The translations under genes and the position numbers were made by a program. From Deltaproteobacteria bacterium (GTDB taxonomy: Bacteria > Desulfobacterota > DSM-4660 > Desulfatiglandales > Desulfatiglandaceae), in the NCBI GenBank assembly GCA_021163815.1, contig JAGGTJ010000025.1, forward strand, positions 5,821 to 69,820: 64,000 nt of DNA, written 5' to 3'. Of the stretch, positions 9,880 to 20,572 are shown one piece after another. The notes beneath the pieces were generated by a model. It worked only from the letters and a program-made list of their open reading frames with translations, had not been told where the DNA came from and did no database searches. Each line of letters opens with the position of its first letter. The stretch's first letter is position 1.

Positions 9880-11595
9880 TTAAGGAATTCTTTTGAACAT
9901 CTTTTCGAGTTCCGTATAGGTTATTTCCTTAAATACAGGTCTACCGTGTGGGCAATTTGTAGGAAGGTCTGCCATGCCAAGACGTCTGACAAGATCTGTC
10001 ATCTCTTCACGGGCCATTTTATGTTTCGCCCTGATTGCACTGTGACAGGCCATAATGGAAAGTATCTTATCAAATAGTATTTCCCTGACCCGGGTATCTT
10101 TTTTGAGCTCTAAAAGCAGTTCCGGTATCAGGGAGTTCCAGTTAACCGTGTCTAATACAGCAGGGTATGACCTTAACAGAAAGGTGTTGCCGCCGAAATG
10201 CTCAAGTTCTATGCCAAGTTCTGCAAGCCTTTGAGCATTTTCAAGGGCTATTGTACTTTCTTTGGCTGACAGTTCGATCTGGATTGGTGTGATAAGTCTC
10301 TGAGATGCCATAGGCGATACGGCAATCGTCTCTTTAAGCGTTTCATAGACCAGTCGTTCATGGGCAGCATGCTGATCAATAAGCATGAGCCCTCTTTCTG
10401 TTTCGCAGATGATATACGAGTTACCAAGCTGACCAATAACAGCAGGCAGGTCTTTTTTTGGAGAAATGTCGGTGTCTTTTTCATCTGTATCTGAAAAAAT
10501 CCACTCCTGATCGTCCTCAAATTCCATGGCCGGGGGTTCTGAGATGTAATGGCTCCCTGTATTTCCGATGAAAGTGGATGTGCTGCCAATTCCTGCATAG
10601 GTATGATTAATGCTCTTAAGTGCACTTTCCACTGTGGATACGATAGCCCTGAAGACCTTGAAACTGTCGTGGAACCTTATCTCTTCCTTGGCTGGATGTA
10701 CATTGACATCTATTTTTGATGGATCGATGGTGATAAAAACCACTGCCTGGGGATATTGCCCTTTCATTAGCCTTTGTCCGTAACCTTCTATCACGGCACG
10801 GGTTACAAATCTGTCCCTTATGTTTCGGTTGTTTACATAAACAAACAGTCTGTCCCCCCTCTTTCTTGCAAACTCCGGCAGACCGAGACACACATCTATT
10901 GCAAGATCTGGTGTCTCGTTTGTATGCTGCAACATCTTTTCTGCAACCTGTCTTCCCATGAGGGAAGATAGGCGATGAAGAATATTTCCTGTGGCAGGCA
11001 GCCTCGTTAATATCTTTTCTCCCTGTTTCAGGGTGAAATGGATGTGTGTAAAAGGGAGTGCGGTTTTTATTACAATATCCTGGACATGATTGGTCTCTGT
11101 CTGGGGGGTGCGCAGGAACTTCCGTCTGGCAGGGACATTGTAAAAGAGATTCTTCACCTCTATTGCTGTTCCGGCAGGAGAGCTTGTTTCGTCGATGGAC
11201 TTCAGTGTTTCCCCTTCAATCGTAAGGGTATGTCCGACCATATCATCCCGTGTACGGGATATAATCTTCATCTTTGATACAGAGGCAATGCTTGGTATTG
11301 CTTCTCCCCTGAAGCCAAGGGTGTTTACATGAAAAAGGTCCTCGGTGGTTTCGATTTTACTTGTGGCATGTCTTTCTATGCACAACAGGATATCATCCCT
11401 TGTCATACCCGTCCCATTGTCCGTTACCTTTATAAGGTCAATGCCCCCTCTCTTTATAGTTATATCTATTCTGTCTGATTTTGCATCGATGCTGTTGTCC
11501 ATCAGTTCACGGACAACCGAGGATGGGCGGGTAACAACCTCTCCCGCTGCTATCTGGGAGGCTATTTTTTCAGGAAGGATACGTATAGTACTCAT
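9880..11595 (-). CDS. mutL: DNA mismatch repair endonuclease MutL
   Basis: IAAGEV, GFRGEA, DVNVHPAK, endonuclease motif DQHAAHER, ACH and CPHGRP. Confidence 0.97.
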   Translation of the reverse strand: MSTIRILPEKIASQIAAGEVVTRPSSVVRELMDNSIDAKSDRIDITIKRGGIDLIKVTDNGTGMTRDDILLCIERHATSKIETTEDLFHVNTLGFRGEAIPSIASVSKMKIISRTRDDMVGHTLTIEGETLKSIDETSSPAGTAIEVKNLFYNVPARRKFLRTPQTETNHVQDIVIKTALPFTHIHFTLKQGEKILTRLPATGNILHRLSSLMGRQVAEKMLQHTNETPDLAIDVCLGLPEFARKRGDRLFVYVNNRNIRDRFVTRAVIEGYGQRLMKGQYPQAVVFITIDPSKIDVNVHPAKEEIRFHDSFKVFRAIVSTVESALKSINHTYAGIGSTSTFIGNTGSHYISEPPAMEFEDDQEWIFSDTDEKDTDISPKKDLPAVIGQLGNSYIICETERGLMLIDQHAAHERLVYETLKETIAVSPMASQRLITPIQIELSAKESTIALENAQRLAELGIELEHFGGNTFLLRSYPAVLDTVNWNSLIPELLLELKKDTRVREILFDKILSIMACHSAIRAKHKMAREEMTDLVRRLGMADLPTNCPHGRPVFKEITYTELEKMFKRIP

Positions 11596-12659
11596 TTTTT
11601 AAACAGGCCGCCGTCTGATCTGCATTTTTTCGACAGGTTGCACAAAAGGTCCATGCAAAGACCTGCAAGCTTGGGTGACATGGTGCCCATACCACAGGCT
11701 GGAGTAAGGATTGATTGATGAACTATCGTGTTGGCATCAATACCCCAGTCTGTTATCTGTGTGATTCCCTTGGCAAGTTTTATGAAAAGTTCTTCGACGG
11801 ATTCATTCCCGCTGAGACTTGAGGTGGGGACAATACCCCAGGCAAGGATGTTTCCGTTTTTAAGAAAGGCAGATATTTCATCACGGTATAACAGAAAATG
11901 TTCCATGTAATCAAAGGCGTCAAAATTGATTATGTCAGGGTTGGCCTCTGTTATCAGTGACCAGTCTGTGTTGCTGCAGCAATGTATACCGATCAGGGCA
12001 TTGGATTTTTCTTTCAGATAGCCTATGACTTCTTTTAACATGGAAACTGCTCCCTCTTTCTGAATGGAAGAGAAGGCGGATCCAACACCGGACAATGAAG
12101 GTTCGTCTAAGAAAAGGATTGGGTGCCTATTTGTTTCCTCCATCTTTTTGATCTGCCATAATGCCTTGATGGAGAGTCCCTTTGTAAATGCCTCTGCAAT
12201 GTCCGGGTTGTTTATAACAGGTATGTTGTTATGGTCATTTATTGCAGATGTAAATGTAACAGGTCCGACTGTCTGTCCCTTAATGAACTGTCCAGATGGC
12301 TCTGTCTCTACAGAAAGCAGATCTATGAGCTCATAAAGGCCACAGGCATAATCTTTACTTATTGCAAAGTAATCAAGGTCGTCTGACAGGAAATGTTCAT
12401 AAAATTCCACCAGACCTGCCTCTGTCTCTGCTGCGGTTATCCTTGTTTCTCTCTTTTCACTGTCTACCTCAAGAAGAGGAAGACCCTCTGTATACTGAAT
12501 AATCATATCTTCGAGAGGGCTTTTTCTGACAAACTGGGGCCAGAATGGAATATCAGGCAGTCTTGTAACAATTTCCTTACATGTTGCCTTAGTGTCGAGA
12601 AAGGGGACACTCCCCACACAGGTAGGCAGGGAATCAAACAGTGTTTTTTTTTCAGGCAT
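11592..12659 (-). CDS. Core (single-barrel) methionine synthase, MesB-like
   Basis: PTCVGSVP, IPFWPQ, KGQTVGP, FLDEP, GIHCCSNTDW, INFD, AWGIVPT and TPACG match the remembered Dehalococcoides-type core MetE. Confidence 0.75.
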   Translation of the reverse strand: MPEKKTLFDSLPTCVGSVPFLDTKATCKEIVTRLPDIPFWPQFVRKSPLEDMIIQYTEGLPLLEVDSEKRETRITAAETEAGLVEFYEHFLSDDLDYFAISKDYACGLYELIDLLSVETEPSGQFIKGQTVGPVTFTSAINDHNNIPVINNPDIAEAFTKGLSIKALWQIKKMEETNRHPILFLDEPSLSGVGSAFSSIQKEGAVSMLKEVIGYLKEKSNALIGIHCCSNTDWSLITEANPDIINFDAFDYMEHFLLYRDEISAFLKNGNILAWGIVPTSSLSGNESVEELFIKLAKGITQITDWGIDANTIVHQSILTPACGMGTMSPKLAGLCMDLLCNLSKKCRSDGGLFKK

Positions 12660-13482
12660 GATTCATCTCCTTTATCCCTGTCAGCCATCTTTCCATAACC
12701 GTAATCATCCGTTCTGTTTTTTCTCTGATTGCATGAGAATTGTCATGAAAAGAATCGTCAAGCATGGATAAGAGTTGTTTAATACGTTGTTTTGAGGATT
12801 CATCTGCAGGGTTTTTTTCTACAACCTTTTTGTAGGCATTAATGGCCTTATCTATTTTTCCCTGTTTGAAATATAGCTCAGCAATGGTTGGGCTGACAAG
12901 GATGTCTTCCTCTTTTTCCTCATGGCCCTTGCCAACAATGTCCTCTTCAATCCCGTCTGTGTCTGTGCTGTCAGGCATGGTATTATTGAGCATGCTTGAG
13001 ACATCTCTGTCGTCAGGATGAATTGCCATATATTTTTTCAGACTGGCTGCGGCGGCCTGTTCATTGTTTTGTTTTTGTCTTATTTTTGCTGCCAGTTTGT
13101 AAATATAAGAAAGGTTATCCAGCATGGAAGATGCCCTTTCTATCTCCTCTGCGGCCTTGTCTGTAAGCCCTTTATCCATGTAGTATTCTGCCAGTATCCC
13201 CCTTATACGTATATCATCAGGATACCTCTCCAATACCCTGGTGCATGTCTCTTCCATATTGTCTGTTTTGCCATTTTTTTTCATTCTGTCAAGGATCAAA
13301 AAGGCGGTATTCCTTGAAGGGATATTTTCCAGAAGCATGTGTAGAAAGTTGTCGAATTGGATCATGGTTAAATACCTCGTTTGCAACATAAGGGTTTTTA
13401 AAAGCAGTTCTTTTTTGGAAGAATTGCCGTTTTTGAACTGTCTTTTAAAAGCCGTCAGATTTTTATGATGGCGTGGACTCAC
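12652..13482 (-). CDS. Tetratricopeptide repeat protein
   Basis: TPR-like helices and SPTIAELYFKQG motif; overlaps its neighbours, suggesting translational coupling. Start uncertain. Confidence 0.8.
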   Translation of the reverse strand: MSPRHHKNLTAFKRQFKNGNSSKKELLLKTLMLQTRYLTMIQFDNFLHMLLENIPSRNTAFLILDRMKKNGKTDNMEETCTRVLERYPDDIRIRGILAEYYMDKGLTDKAAEEIERASSMLDNLSYIYKLAAKIRQKQNNEQAAAASLKKYMAIHPDDRDVSSMLNNTMPDSTDTDGIEEDIVGKGHEEKEEDILVSPTIAELYFKQGKIDKAINAYKKVVEKNPADESSKQRIKQLLSMLDDSFHDNSHAIREKTERMITVMERWLTGIKEMNHA

Positions 13483-13835
13483 CTGTGAGGGCTATCTGAC
13501 TTTTTTTTGTGTATGGACCTGTTGTTAAGGCCCTTTTTTGCCTTCTTGTCTGTGAAGCGGTAGACTATCTCGTTTTTTTTTACAAGGTTTAACTCTTTTC
13601 TCACAAGTTCTTCCACATACTCCCTGTCTGTACGAAGGCGACGTATCTCCTCCTGTAATGCCATGTTTTCTTTTGTCAGTTGATTAATACGTTCTATGTA
13701 TGCCTGTTTCTCCATATATTTTCGGTAAAGATGGAGCAAACCTTGATCTCCAAAACCCAGCCATATAAGGATTAATGATAGCAGACAGGCAATGATCAGG
13801 ATATTTTGCCAATATGTTTTTTGTTTTTCTGTCAT
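13479..13835 (-). CDS. ftsB: Septum formation initiator FtsB/DivIC
   Basis: One TM segment, FGDQGL, coiled coil, YVEELVRKELNLVKKNE. Confidence 0.85.
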   Translation of the reverse strand: MTEKQKTYWQNILIIACLLSLILIWLGFGDQGLLHLYRKYMEKQAYIERINQLTKENMALQEEIRRLRTDREYVEELVRKELNLVKKNEIVYRFTDKKAKKGLNNRSIHKKKSDSPHR

Positions 13836-13920
13836 GATAAAACCTGTGCTTGAGATAAGACAGAAGGGTCAGATTGCAGTTATCTATGCTAATGGATAAA
13901 CCAGTTTTTTTATAGAACAT

Positions 13921-14070
13921 TGATGAACCTGTAAAAAGTAGAACCGATGGATAGGTAAAAATCTTCATATACAAGGCGTAGCGTTTGGCCATGCGTGAAG
14001 GCATACAGGATGTCAAACCTATGACCAAACGCTATAACAGAGTAGATGGAGACTTTTTACGACGCTATCA
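13921..14070. mobile_element. Repeat family C, MITE-like (150 bp)
   Basis: TIR TGATGAACCTGTAAAAAGT / ACTTTTTACGACGCTATCA; internal hairpin GCGTTTGG..CCAAACGC; near-identical inverted copy at 18879. Confidence 0.9.
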
Positions 14071-14261
14071 GGTTTTAGGTTGAAAAAAAAGGAACATTTA
14101 GGTAAAAGTTCAGTTTAAACTCTTTTTTACGGGTTCATCTATATTTATACTATACAGGAAAAATTTACATCTGTTATGGATTGATCCTGTAAAACTATTA
14201 CATCTTCGGGCTGGAAAGTGAAACCCAAAAATTGATTTGTGAATGGGCATGAGGTAAAAAG

Positions 14262-15071
14262 ATGTTAAAAGTTATTGTTGCCGGTGCAGCCGGCCGTATG
14301 GGGAAACAGATTATAAAAGCCCTGTCTGATGATGACAGGTTTGTTCTTAAAGGAGCCTTTGAATCTCCGGATCATCCGGCAGTTGGTCAGGATGCAGGTC
14401 TATTGGCCGGAGTTGGTTCGTCAGGTGTGATAGTTGAAGATTCTTTTGAGAAGACGGACAGGGATGCAGATGTCCTGATTGACTTTACCACACCTGAAGC
14501 AACATTGAAAAACGTCCGAGTTGCCAAAAGCCGTAACCTTGCCATGGTGATAGGCACTACCGGATTTTCCGATGATATCTTACACGAAATTACTGGAATT
14601 GTCAGCGAGATAAAATGTGTCATGGCTCCTAATATGAGTGTCGGGGTCAATGTCATGTTCAAAATTGCCGGCGAATTGGCAAAGATTTTGGGAAATGATT
14701 ATGACATGGAGATTATTGAGGCCCACCATAATCTGAAGAAGGATGCTCCAAGCGGTACTGCATTACGTCTTGCAGATGTGCTTGCCGGTGCAACGGGGCG
14801 GGATCTGGAATCAACGGCCGTATACTGCCGTAAGGGAATTATAGGTGAAAGGGACCGTGAGGAAATAGGAATTCAGGTGATAAGGGGTGGAGATATAACG
14901 GGTGAGCATACGGTTATGTTTGCGGGAACGGGTGAAAGGATAGAACTGATTCATCGTGCGCATAACAGGGGTAATTTTGCACGGGGGGCCTTGAGGGCCG
15001 CTTTATGGGTGGTAAAACAGCCTGAGGGGCTTTATGATATGCAGGATGTTTTAGGGTTGAAAGATCTGTAA
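14262..15071 (+). CDS. dapB: 4-hydroxy-tetrahydrodipicolinate reductase
   Basis: GAAGRMG, IGTTG and EAHHNLKKDAPSGTA motifs. Confidence 0.97.
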   Translation: MLKVIVAGAAGRMGKQIIKALSDDDRFVLKGAFESPDHPAVGQDAGLLAGVGSSGVIVEDSFEKTDRDADVLIDFTTPEATLKNVRVAKSRNLAMVIGTTGFSDDILHEITGIVSEIKCVMAPNMSVGVNVMFKIAGELAKILGNDYDMEIIEAHHNLKKDAPSGTALRLADVLAGATGRDLESTAVYCRKGIIGERDREEIGIQVIRGGDITGEHTVMFAGTGERIELIHRAHNRGNFARGALRAALWVVKQPEGLYDMQDVLGLKDL

Positions 15072-15109
15072 ACGGGCATGTGCCTGTTTTTTATCTTAAG
15101 GAGGATGTA

Positions 15110-16285
15110 GTGAATATATTTAAGAAGGCGGAAAGGCTTAAAAGGGTTCCACCTTATCTTTTCAAACAGATAGACAACAAGAAGGCCGAGCTTGTAAGTC
15201 GGGGTGTTGATGTTATTGATCTTGGGGTTGGCGATCCTGATTTGCCTACACCGGCCCATATTATTGATGCATTGGAAATGGCGGCAAGAGATCCGGCCAA
15301 TCACAAATACCCTTCGTATTCCGGGATGAATGATTTCAAGGAGGCAGTTGCGGGTTGGTATTTAAAAAGATTCGGGGTCAGTCTTGATCCTGAAACCCAG
15401 GTTATTTCCCTGATAGGGAGCAAGGAAGGTATAGCGCATTTACCCATGGCCTTTTTAAATCCTGGGGATATGGCCCTGGTGCCGACACCTGCATATCCTG
15501 TATACAACATCGCCACACTGTTTGCAGGCGGTGAATCTTTTTTTATGCCTCTTTTGGAAAAAAACGCCTTTCTGCCTGATCTTGATAGTATCCCTGCTGA
15601 TGTTGTCAGGAGGGCACGAATATTATTTATTAATTATCCCAACAATCCCACGGCAGCCGTTGCCGATCCGGATTTTTTCAAAAAGGTTGTAAGGTTTGCC
15701 AGGGATAATGATATTATAGTCTGTCATGATGCAGCCTATACGGAAATAGCCTTTGATGGGTATCGGCCACACAGTTTTCTTGAAACGGACGGGGCTGTTG
15801 AGGTAGGTATAGAATTTCATTCCTTTTCCAAGACCTATAATATGACAGGATGGCGGATAGGTTTTGCCGTTGGTAATCCGGAAGCAGTTGCTGCCCTTGG
15901 TGCAATAAAGAGCAATATAGATTCAGGGGTGTTCAGGGCCGTTCAGTTGGCTGCCATTGAGGCCATTGAAGGTGATCAGACATGTGTCAGGGAAATGACA
16001 GAAATATATAAGAAACGCAGGGATCTGATGGTTAACGGTCTGAAAGCGGCAGGGTTTGACATGGACATTCCAAAGGCTACATTTTATTTGTGGGTAAAGG
16101 TGCCAAGCCCCTATACTTCAGCGGATATAACCTCTATACTCTTGGAAAAGGCAGGCATTGTTGTAACCCCGGGCAGTGGCTTTGGAGATCCCGGAGAGGG
16201 TTATTTTCGTATCTCTCTGACCCAGGATACCGAAAGGCTTGAAGAAGCGGTCAACAGACTGAAGGCACTTGATTTCAGGAGATAG
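15110..16285 (+). CDS. dapL: LL-diaminopimelate aminotransferase
   Basis: PPYLF, LGVGDPD, GSKEG, NYPNNPT, SFSKTYNMTGWRIG; follows dapB. GTG start at 15110 after AAGGAGG. Confidence 0.9.
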   Translation: MNIFKKAERLKRVPPYLFKQIDNKKAELVSRGVDVIDLGVGDPDLPTPAHIIDALEMAARDPANHKYPSYSGMNDFKEAVAGWYLKRFGVSLDPETQVISLIGSKEGIAHLPMAFLNPGDMALVPTPAYPVYNIATLFAGGESFFMPLLEKNAFLPDLDSIPADVVRRARILFINYPNNPTAAVADPDFFKKVVRFARDNDIIVCHDAAYTEIAFDGYRPHSFLETDGAVEVGIEFHSFSKTYNMTGWRIGFAVGNPEAVAALGAIKSNIDSGVFRAVQLAAIEAIEGDQTCVREMTEIYKKRRDLMVNGLKAAGFDMDIPKATFYLWVKVPSPYTSADITSILLEKAGIVVTPGSGFGDPGEGYFRISLTQDTERLEEAVNRLKALDFRR

Positions 16286-16328
16286 TGGCAGGGCTTTTGT
16301 GCCTCAAGGATTTTTGGGTGAACAATAA

Positions 16329-16865
16329 ATGTCCTTTCCAGATTTTTGTTTAAGCAGACCGGTTCCTGTATATCTCGGGATAGGGTCAAACATGGGTGAT
16401 AAAATGGCCAATTGCAATTTGGCGATTGACATGATTGATTCCATGCCCGGTTCTGTTGTAACTCTCAGGTCATCCTTTTACCGAACAGAGCCTGTAGGTG
16501 TTGAAGGACATGACTGGTATATAAACTGCGCAGCATGTATCTTGACGAATACAGATCCCCTTGCTCTTTTGAAGAATCTGCTCGAGATAGAGGCAGCCAT
16601 GGGCAGAAAACGGAAAAAGAAATGGGATCCCAGGTCTATTGATATTGATATCCTGCTGTTTGGGCCGGGCAGGATTATTACTGTGCCAGATTTGAAAGTA
16701 CCGCATCCTCTCATGCATAAACGAAGGTTTGTTCTGGTTCCCATGGCACAGATCGCTCCGGACCTTGTTCATCCTGTTTATAACATGACCATGACAGAAC
16801 TTCTCAATATGTTAGGGAAAGATGGTCAGGCAGTGTCTCCTGTTTCAGATAGTTATTGTTCATGA
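16329..16865 (+). CDS. folK: 6-hydroxymethyl-7,8-dihydropterin pyrophosphokinase
   Basis: YLGIGSNMG, PRSIDIDIL and PHP.MH.RRFVL.P motifs. Confidence 0.95.
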   Translation: MSFPDFCLSRPVPVYLGIGSNMGDKMANCNLAIDMIDSMPGSVVTLRSSFYRTEPVGVEGHDWYINCAACILTNTDPLALLKNLLEIEAAMGRKRKKKWDPRSIDIDILLFGPGRIITVPDLKVPHPLMHKRRFVLVPMAQIAPDLVHPVYNMTMTELLNMLGKDGQAVSPVSDSYCS

Positions 16866-16964
16866 GATCTTGCGTCTGACAAGGCCGTTTTTTATCAGGG
16901 TTTGCATTAAAAAATATTCTCACGAGATTAGCTTTCTTCCTGTGGATGGGTACCGGGTGATTAA

Positions 16965-17222
16965 ATGCGACTTTTAATCTATATCCTTCTGGGTTATCTT
17001 ATCTATCGTTTATATCGTTTTATAGGCAGCTTTTTTGTTTATAGGGATAGAAACATAACGATGGATAATGACAACACTGTCGATGAGATGGTACAGGATC
17101 CATACTGTAAGACATATATCCCTCTTACAGGGGCATATAAACGCACTATAAATGGAAAGACATATTTTTTTTGTTCTAAGGAATGTGCCGATAATTTCAG
17201 TAAAACCAAGAGGGATTCCTGA
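16965..17222 (+). CDS. Small membrane-anchored YHS/TRASH domain protein
   Basis: N-terminal TM segment, MVQDPYC...YFFCSKEC. Confidence 0.85.
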   Translation: MRLLIYILLGYLIYRLYRFIGSFFVYRDRNITMDNDNTVDEMVQDPYCKTYIPLTGAYKRTINGKTYFFCSKECADNFSKTKRDS

Positions 17223-17245
17223 ACATGGTCTGAGAGACTTGCACA

Positions 17246-17319
17246 CAGACCGAATGTTTTGGCACCTACGGACATAAAAAACCTGTTTTTTCAGCGAGGT
17301 TTTGTGTGCTTTTACGGCT
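17246..17319 (-). repeat. Repeat family B, degenerate inverted copy
   Basis: GGCACCTACGG...TTTTCAGC..GGTTTTGTGTGCTTTTACGG. Confidence 0.65.
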
Positions 17320-17353
17320 TTTAATGTCACTCAAGTGGAGTAACGTTGTTTTT

Positions 17354-17494
17354 GTGTGATACGCACCAATTTAAGTGGCCATAAGGATACAGGGTGAATA
17401 ACGGATCGTTCTCTGGCGTTGGCAGGGGCTTCAGTACGTTTTTCCCCTTGCCGTCTTACATCTTCGTTAAGCCGATGTTTGCAGGATTTAAGGT
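17354..17494. mobile_element. Repeat family A, partial copy
   Basis: Matches 8672-8865 (ACGCA..ATTTAA.TGGCCATAA, GGCAGGG...CCTTGCC, TTGCAGGATTTAAGGT). Confidence 0.75.
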
Positions 17495-17551
17495 ATGTAA
17501 GGTTATCGCCTGTAGCCTTTCCTTTCAGAGGCCATCAATCAAGGAGGAAGT

Positions 17552-18193
17552 ATGAAATTTTTTATCGATACAGCTAACATAGATGAAATAAAACAGGGCA
17601 TGGATCTGGGAATGGTAGATGGTGTTACGACGAATCCATCGCTTGTTGCTAAGGAGGGCAGGGAATTTACAGGGCTTATAAAAGAGATAACATCTATAGT
17701 AGAAGGACCGGTTAGTGCTGAAGTGGTCAGCCTTGATACGGATGATATGGTCAGGGAGGCAAGAAATCTTGCCAAGATTGCAGATAATATTGTGGTCAAA
17801 ATTCCTCTTGTGGAAGATGGTCTCAAGGCCGTAAAAATTTTAACGCAGGAAGGAATAAAAACAAATGTGACACTCTGTTTTTCTCCTCTTCAGGCCTTGA
17901 TGGCAGCCAAGGCAGGTGCTACATTTATAAGCCCTTTTGTAGGAAGGCTTGACGATATCGGTCACCGGGGCATGGATCTTGTAGAAGAGATTATTACCAT
18001 ATATGACAATTATGGTTTTGAGACAGAGGTTATTGTTGCAAGTATAAGAAACCCCATGCACGTGCTTGATGCTGCACTCATGGGTGCAGATATTTCTACC
18101 ATACCCTTTAAGGTCATTCAGCAGTTAATCAAACATCCCTTGACAAAGATAGGGTTGGACAAATTTCTATCTGATTGGAAAAAGCTTGGATAG
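17552..18193 (+). CDS. tal: Short-type transaldolase (FSA/TalC family)
   Basis: [12 protein letters not shown] and VKIP motifs. Glu in SAEV and Phe in SPFVGR favour transaldolase over FSA. Confidence 0.9.
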   Translation: MKFFIDTANIDEIKQGMDLGMVDGVTTNPSLVAKEGREFTGLIKEITSIVEGPVSAEVVSLDTDDMVREARNLAKIADNIVVKIPLVEDGLKAVKILTQEGIKTNVTLCFSPLQALMAAKAGATFISPFVGRLDDIGHRGMDLVEEIITIYDNYGFETEVIVASIRNPMHVLDAALMGADISTIPFKVIQQLIKHPLTKIGLDKFLSDWKKLG

Positions 18194-18273
18194 ATTGTTT
18201 TATCTCCATTCAACAGATTGTTAAATCTTGTGGATTTTTATGTATGAAAAACAGATAGGGACAGTACAGTAAA

Positions 18274-18864
18274 ATGTTACGAGTCATGCGTACATTATTA
18301 TGCCTTTGCCTTGTCTTTATTTCTGCTCTTAGTCTTTCTGCATTTGCTGACATATACCGGTATGTGGATAAAAACGGGGTGTGGCATTTTACCAATGTCC
18401 CGACACAGGGCAGATACCGGTTATTTATAAAAACCGGCAGGAATAGATCTGTCGGTTATGTAAACAGATATATAAAGACATATGAATCTATAATTGCCGG
18501 GGCATCAAACCGTTTCGGGGTCGAATCTTCCTTGATAAAGGCTGTTATAAAAGCGGAATCTGACTTTGATCATTACGCTGTTTCCCGCTACGGTGCCCAG
18601 GGCCTGATGCAGCTCATGCCGCAAACAGCTGATGATATGGAGGTTAAAGATCCTTTTAATCCTGCAGAAAACATATTTGGCGGTACGCGTTATCTGAAAA
18701 TGATGCTTACACGTTTTAACAATAATCTTGCACTGGCCTTGTCAGCCTACAACGCAGGCCCTGAAAATGTGGAAAAATATCATGATGTTCCTCCCTTTCC
18801 CGAGACACGGGCATTCATAAAAAGGGTCCTGCGATACTATCGTATCTATAAGGCCGGTAAGTAA
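18274..18864 (+). CDS. Lytic transglycosylase (SLT) with N-terminal DUF4124-like domain
   Basis: Signal peptide, DIYRYVDKNG..HFTN, AES, GLMQLMP, AYNAG and ETR motifs. Confidence 0.92.
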   Translation: MLRVMRTLLCLCLVFISALSLSAFADIYRYVDKNGVWHFTNVPTQGRYRLFIKTGRNRSVGYVNRYIKTYESIIAGASNRFGVESSLIKAVIKAESDFDHYAVSRYGAQGLMQLMPQTADDMEVKDPFNPAENIFGGTRYLKMMLTRFNNNLALALSAYNAGPENVEKYHDVPPFPETRAFIKRVLRYYRIYKAGK

Positions 18865-18878
18865 TTTCCATTCATAAC

Positions 18879-19028
18879 TGATGGCGTCGTAAAAAGTCTC
18901 CATCTACTGTGTTATAGTGTTTGGTCATAGGTTAGACATCTTGTATGCTTTCACGCATAACCAAACACTATGCCTTGTATATGAAGATTTTTACTTAGCC
19001 ATCGGGTTTACTTTTTACAGTCTCATCG
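18879..19028. mobile_element. Repeat family C, MITE-like
   Basis: Inverted copy of 13921-14070. Confidence 0.9.
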
Positions 19029-19717
19029 GGATTGACCCACTTTTATTACTCCCCTTGTTGCTGTTTTACTGGCTGGTCTACCGCCAAAAACTCCGCTTCT
19101 GCATTGTTTCCCCACCTGGTTATCAATCTGGGATTGGGCTTTTGTGTCCTGGTCACTGGCATGTGGCAGTACTGGCAGATAGCCTCTTTCTCTACCCCAT
19201 GTGAATCTTTTGCTTTGATGATGTTTTGTTGAGGACTGAAAGCTGATTACCAAAAGCGTTCGTTTGGGAAATTGGATTTTTCCGGATGAACAACAAAGAT
19301 TGGGTAAAAAAATACATACTTTCTTTTTGTTTTCCTCTCTTTGTTTTTCCCGCATGGCGAAAACTCCATTACTTCATATCTGTTTGTTTTGCTTGATAAA
19401 ATCGTACAGTCCTGTTTAATGCTGCCTGGTGGTCCAGTGTCTTCGGTTCTTTTGGAGAAGGCGTCCTTCCTGTTTTTTTCGAGACAAAAGTCAATTATAA
19501 TGTTTTATAACATATTGAAATTACAGTAGTTGTTTAGTGCTATTAGGAAAAAGTGGAAGGAACGTAACTATATTGGGTAAAAAAATACCACTTTTTGCTG
19601 GTGTTAGCACAGTTGTAAGGTGATTTTTTTTATGTGGTTTTTGCCTGTTGAAAATTTCAACTGTTATTTCAATCGGTTGTCGAGTACTAAAAAATTTTTT
19701 TAAAAATCCATTTCTGG

Positions 19718-19733
19718 TGGCACGGTTGATGCT
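19718..19733 (+). promoter_or_regulatory. Sigma54 (-24/-12) promoter
   Basis: TGGCACGGTTGATGCT, GG-N10-GC, about 85 nt before the PEP-CTERM gene. Confidence 0.75.
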
Positions 19734-19817
19734 GTCTTATGGGCGTAACATGGTTCTCGTATGAGTAGATGGAAAGAGAAGCAATCATTTTTAATTATCA
19801 GATAAAGGAGGAGGTAG

Positions 19818-20507
19818 ATGAAAAAACTAGGGTTAACTTTGGTAATGGCAATGATGGTGATGATGTTCGTTGTCGGGGAAGCATGGGCGTTGCTATATAC
19901 CCCATCTTTGGATAATATTGCAGACTGGGAGTTAGTCTATGCAACAGATAATAGTGGCGTTTCGGGGGGCTCATCTACAGTTTTAGGTTCTTCAGAGAAT
20001 GATGTGAAGACTTATTCAAAGGAAGATGATCGTCCTTACGCTGATCTTGTTAAATTCGATGTAACGTTTGAGAAGGGAAGTTCTAGTTATAAGGGAGGCG
20101 TTGCTTTTGGATCCATTACAGCTCAGGATCTTAGTGGCTTTGACAGTTATTCGTTATCTATCTATAATAGCAATGAGAATCCATGGGAGTATGCGTTGTG
20201 GGTAGGTAATTATGACAATGGTACCTATTCAGTATATCATACTACCCCAGTATCTTTGGCTAATGGTAGTGGGCAACAGTTTACACTGGATTTGTTGTCA
20301 GCACGAACTGCAGGAATAGATTTGACTAATGCGTATATAGGCTTTGCTGTTGGAAGTGATTCCCTACCGTTAGGTAGTAGCCACCCTGATTTTCATTCGC
20401 AAACACATGTAGCCCCCGTTCCTGAGCCTGGAACCATGGTATTGTTAGGCGTCGGTCTTCTGGGTCTGGCCTTCGTTGGTCGGAAGAAACTCAAAATTGA
20501 GGAATAA
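19818..20507 (+). CDS. PEP-CTERM sorting domain protein (exosortase substrate)
   Basis: Signal peptide; C-terminal VPEPGTMVLLGVGLLGLAFVGRKK. Confidence 0.93.
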   Translation: MKKLGLTLVMAMMVMMFVVGEAWALLYTPSLDNIADWELVYATDNSGVSGGSSTVLGSSENDVKTYSKEDDRPYADLVKFDVTFEKGSSSYKGGVAFGSITAQDLSGFDSYSLSIYNSNENPWEYALWVGNYDNGTYSVYHTTPVSLANGSGQQFTLDLLSARTAGIDLTNAYIGFAVGSDSLPLGSSHPDFHSQTHVAPVPEPGTMVLLGVGLLGLAFVGRKKLKIEE

Positions 20508-20534
20508 ACACCTTATTGTTTCATTGCGATGTAA

Positions 20535-20572
20535 AATAAAGAAAGCCGCTCAAATGAGCGGCTTTCTTTATT
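20535..20572. terminator. Intrinsic terminator, probably bidirectional
   Basis: AATAAAGAAAGCCGCTCA-AA-TGAGCGGCTTTCTTTATT forms a perfect stem. Confidence 0.85.

Noticed and set aside
19045..19245. CxxCH (CQYCH) heme motif in a minus-strand frame
   Set aside because: An in-frame stop lies just upstream, and there is no start codon or signal peptide before the motif. Probably chance or a decayed remnant.
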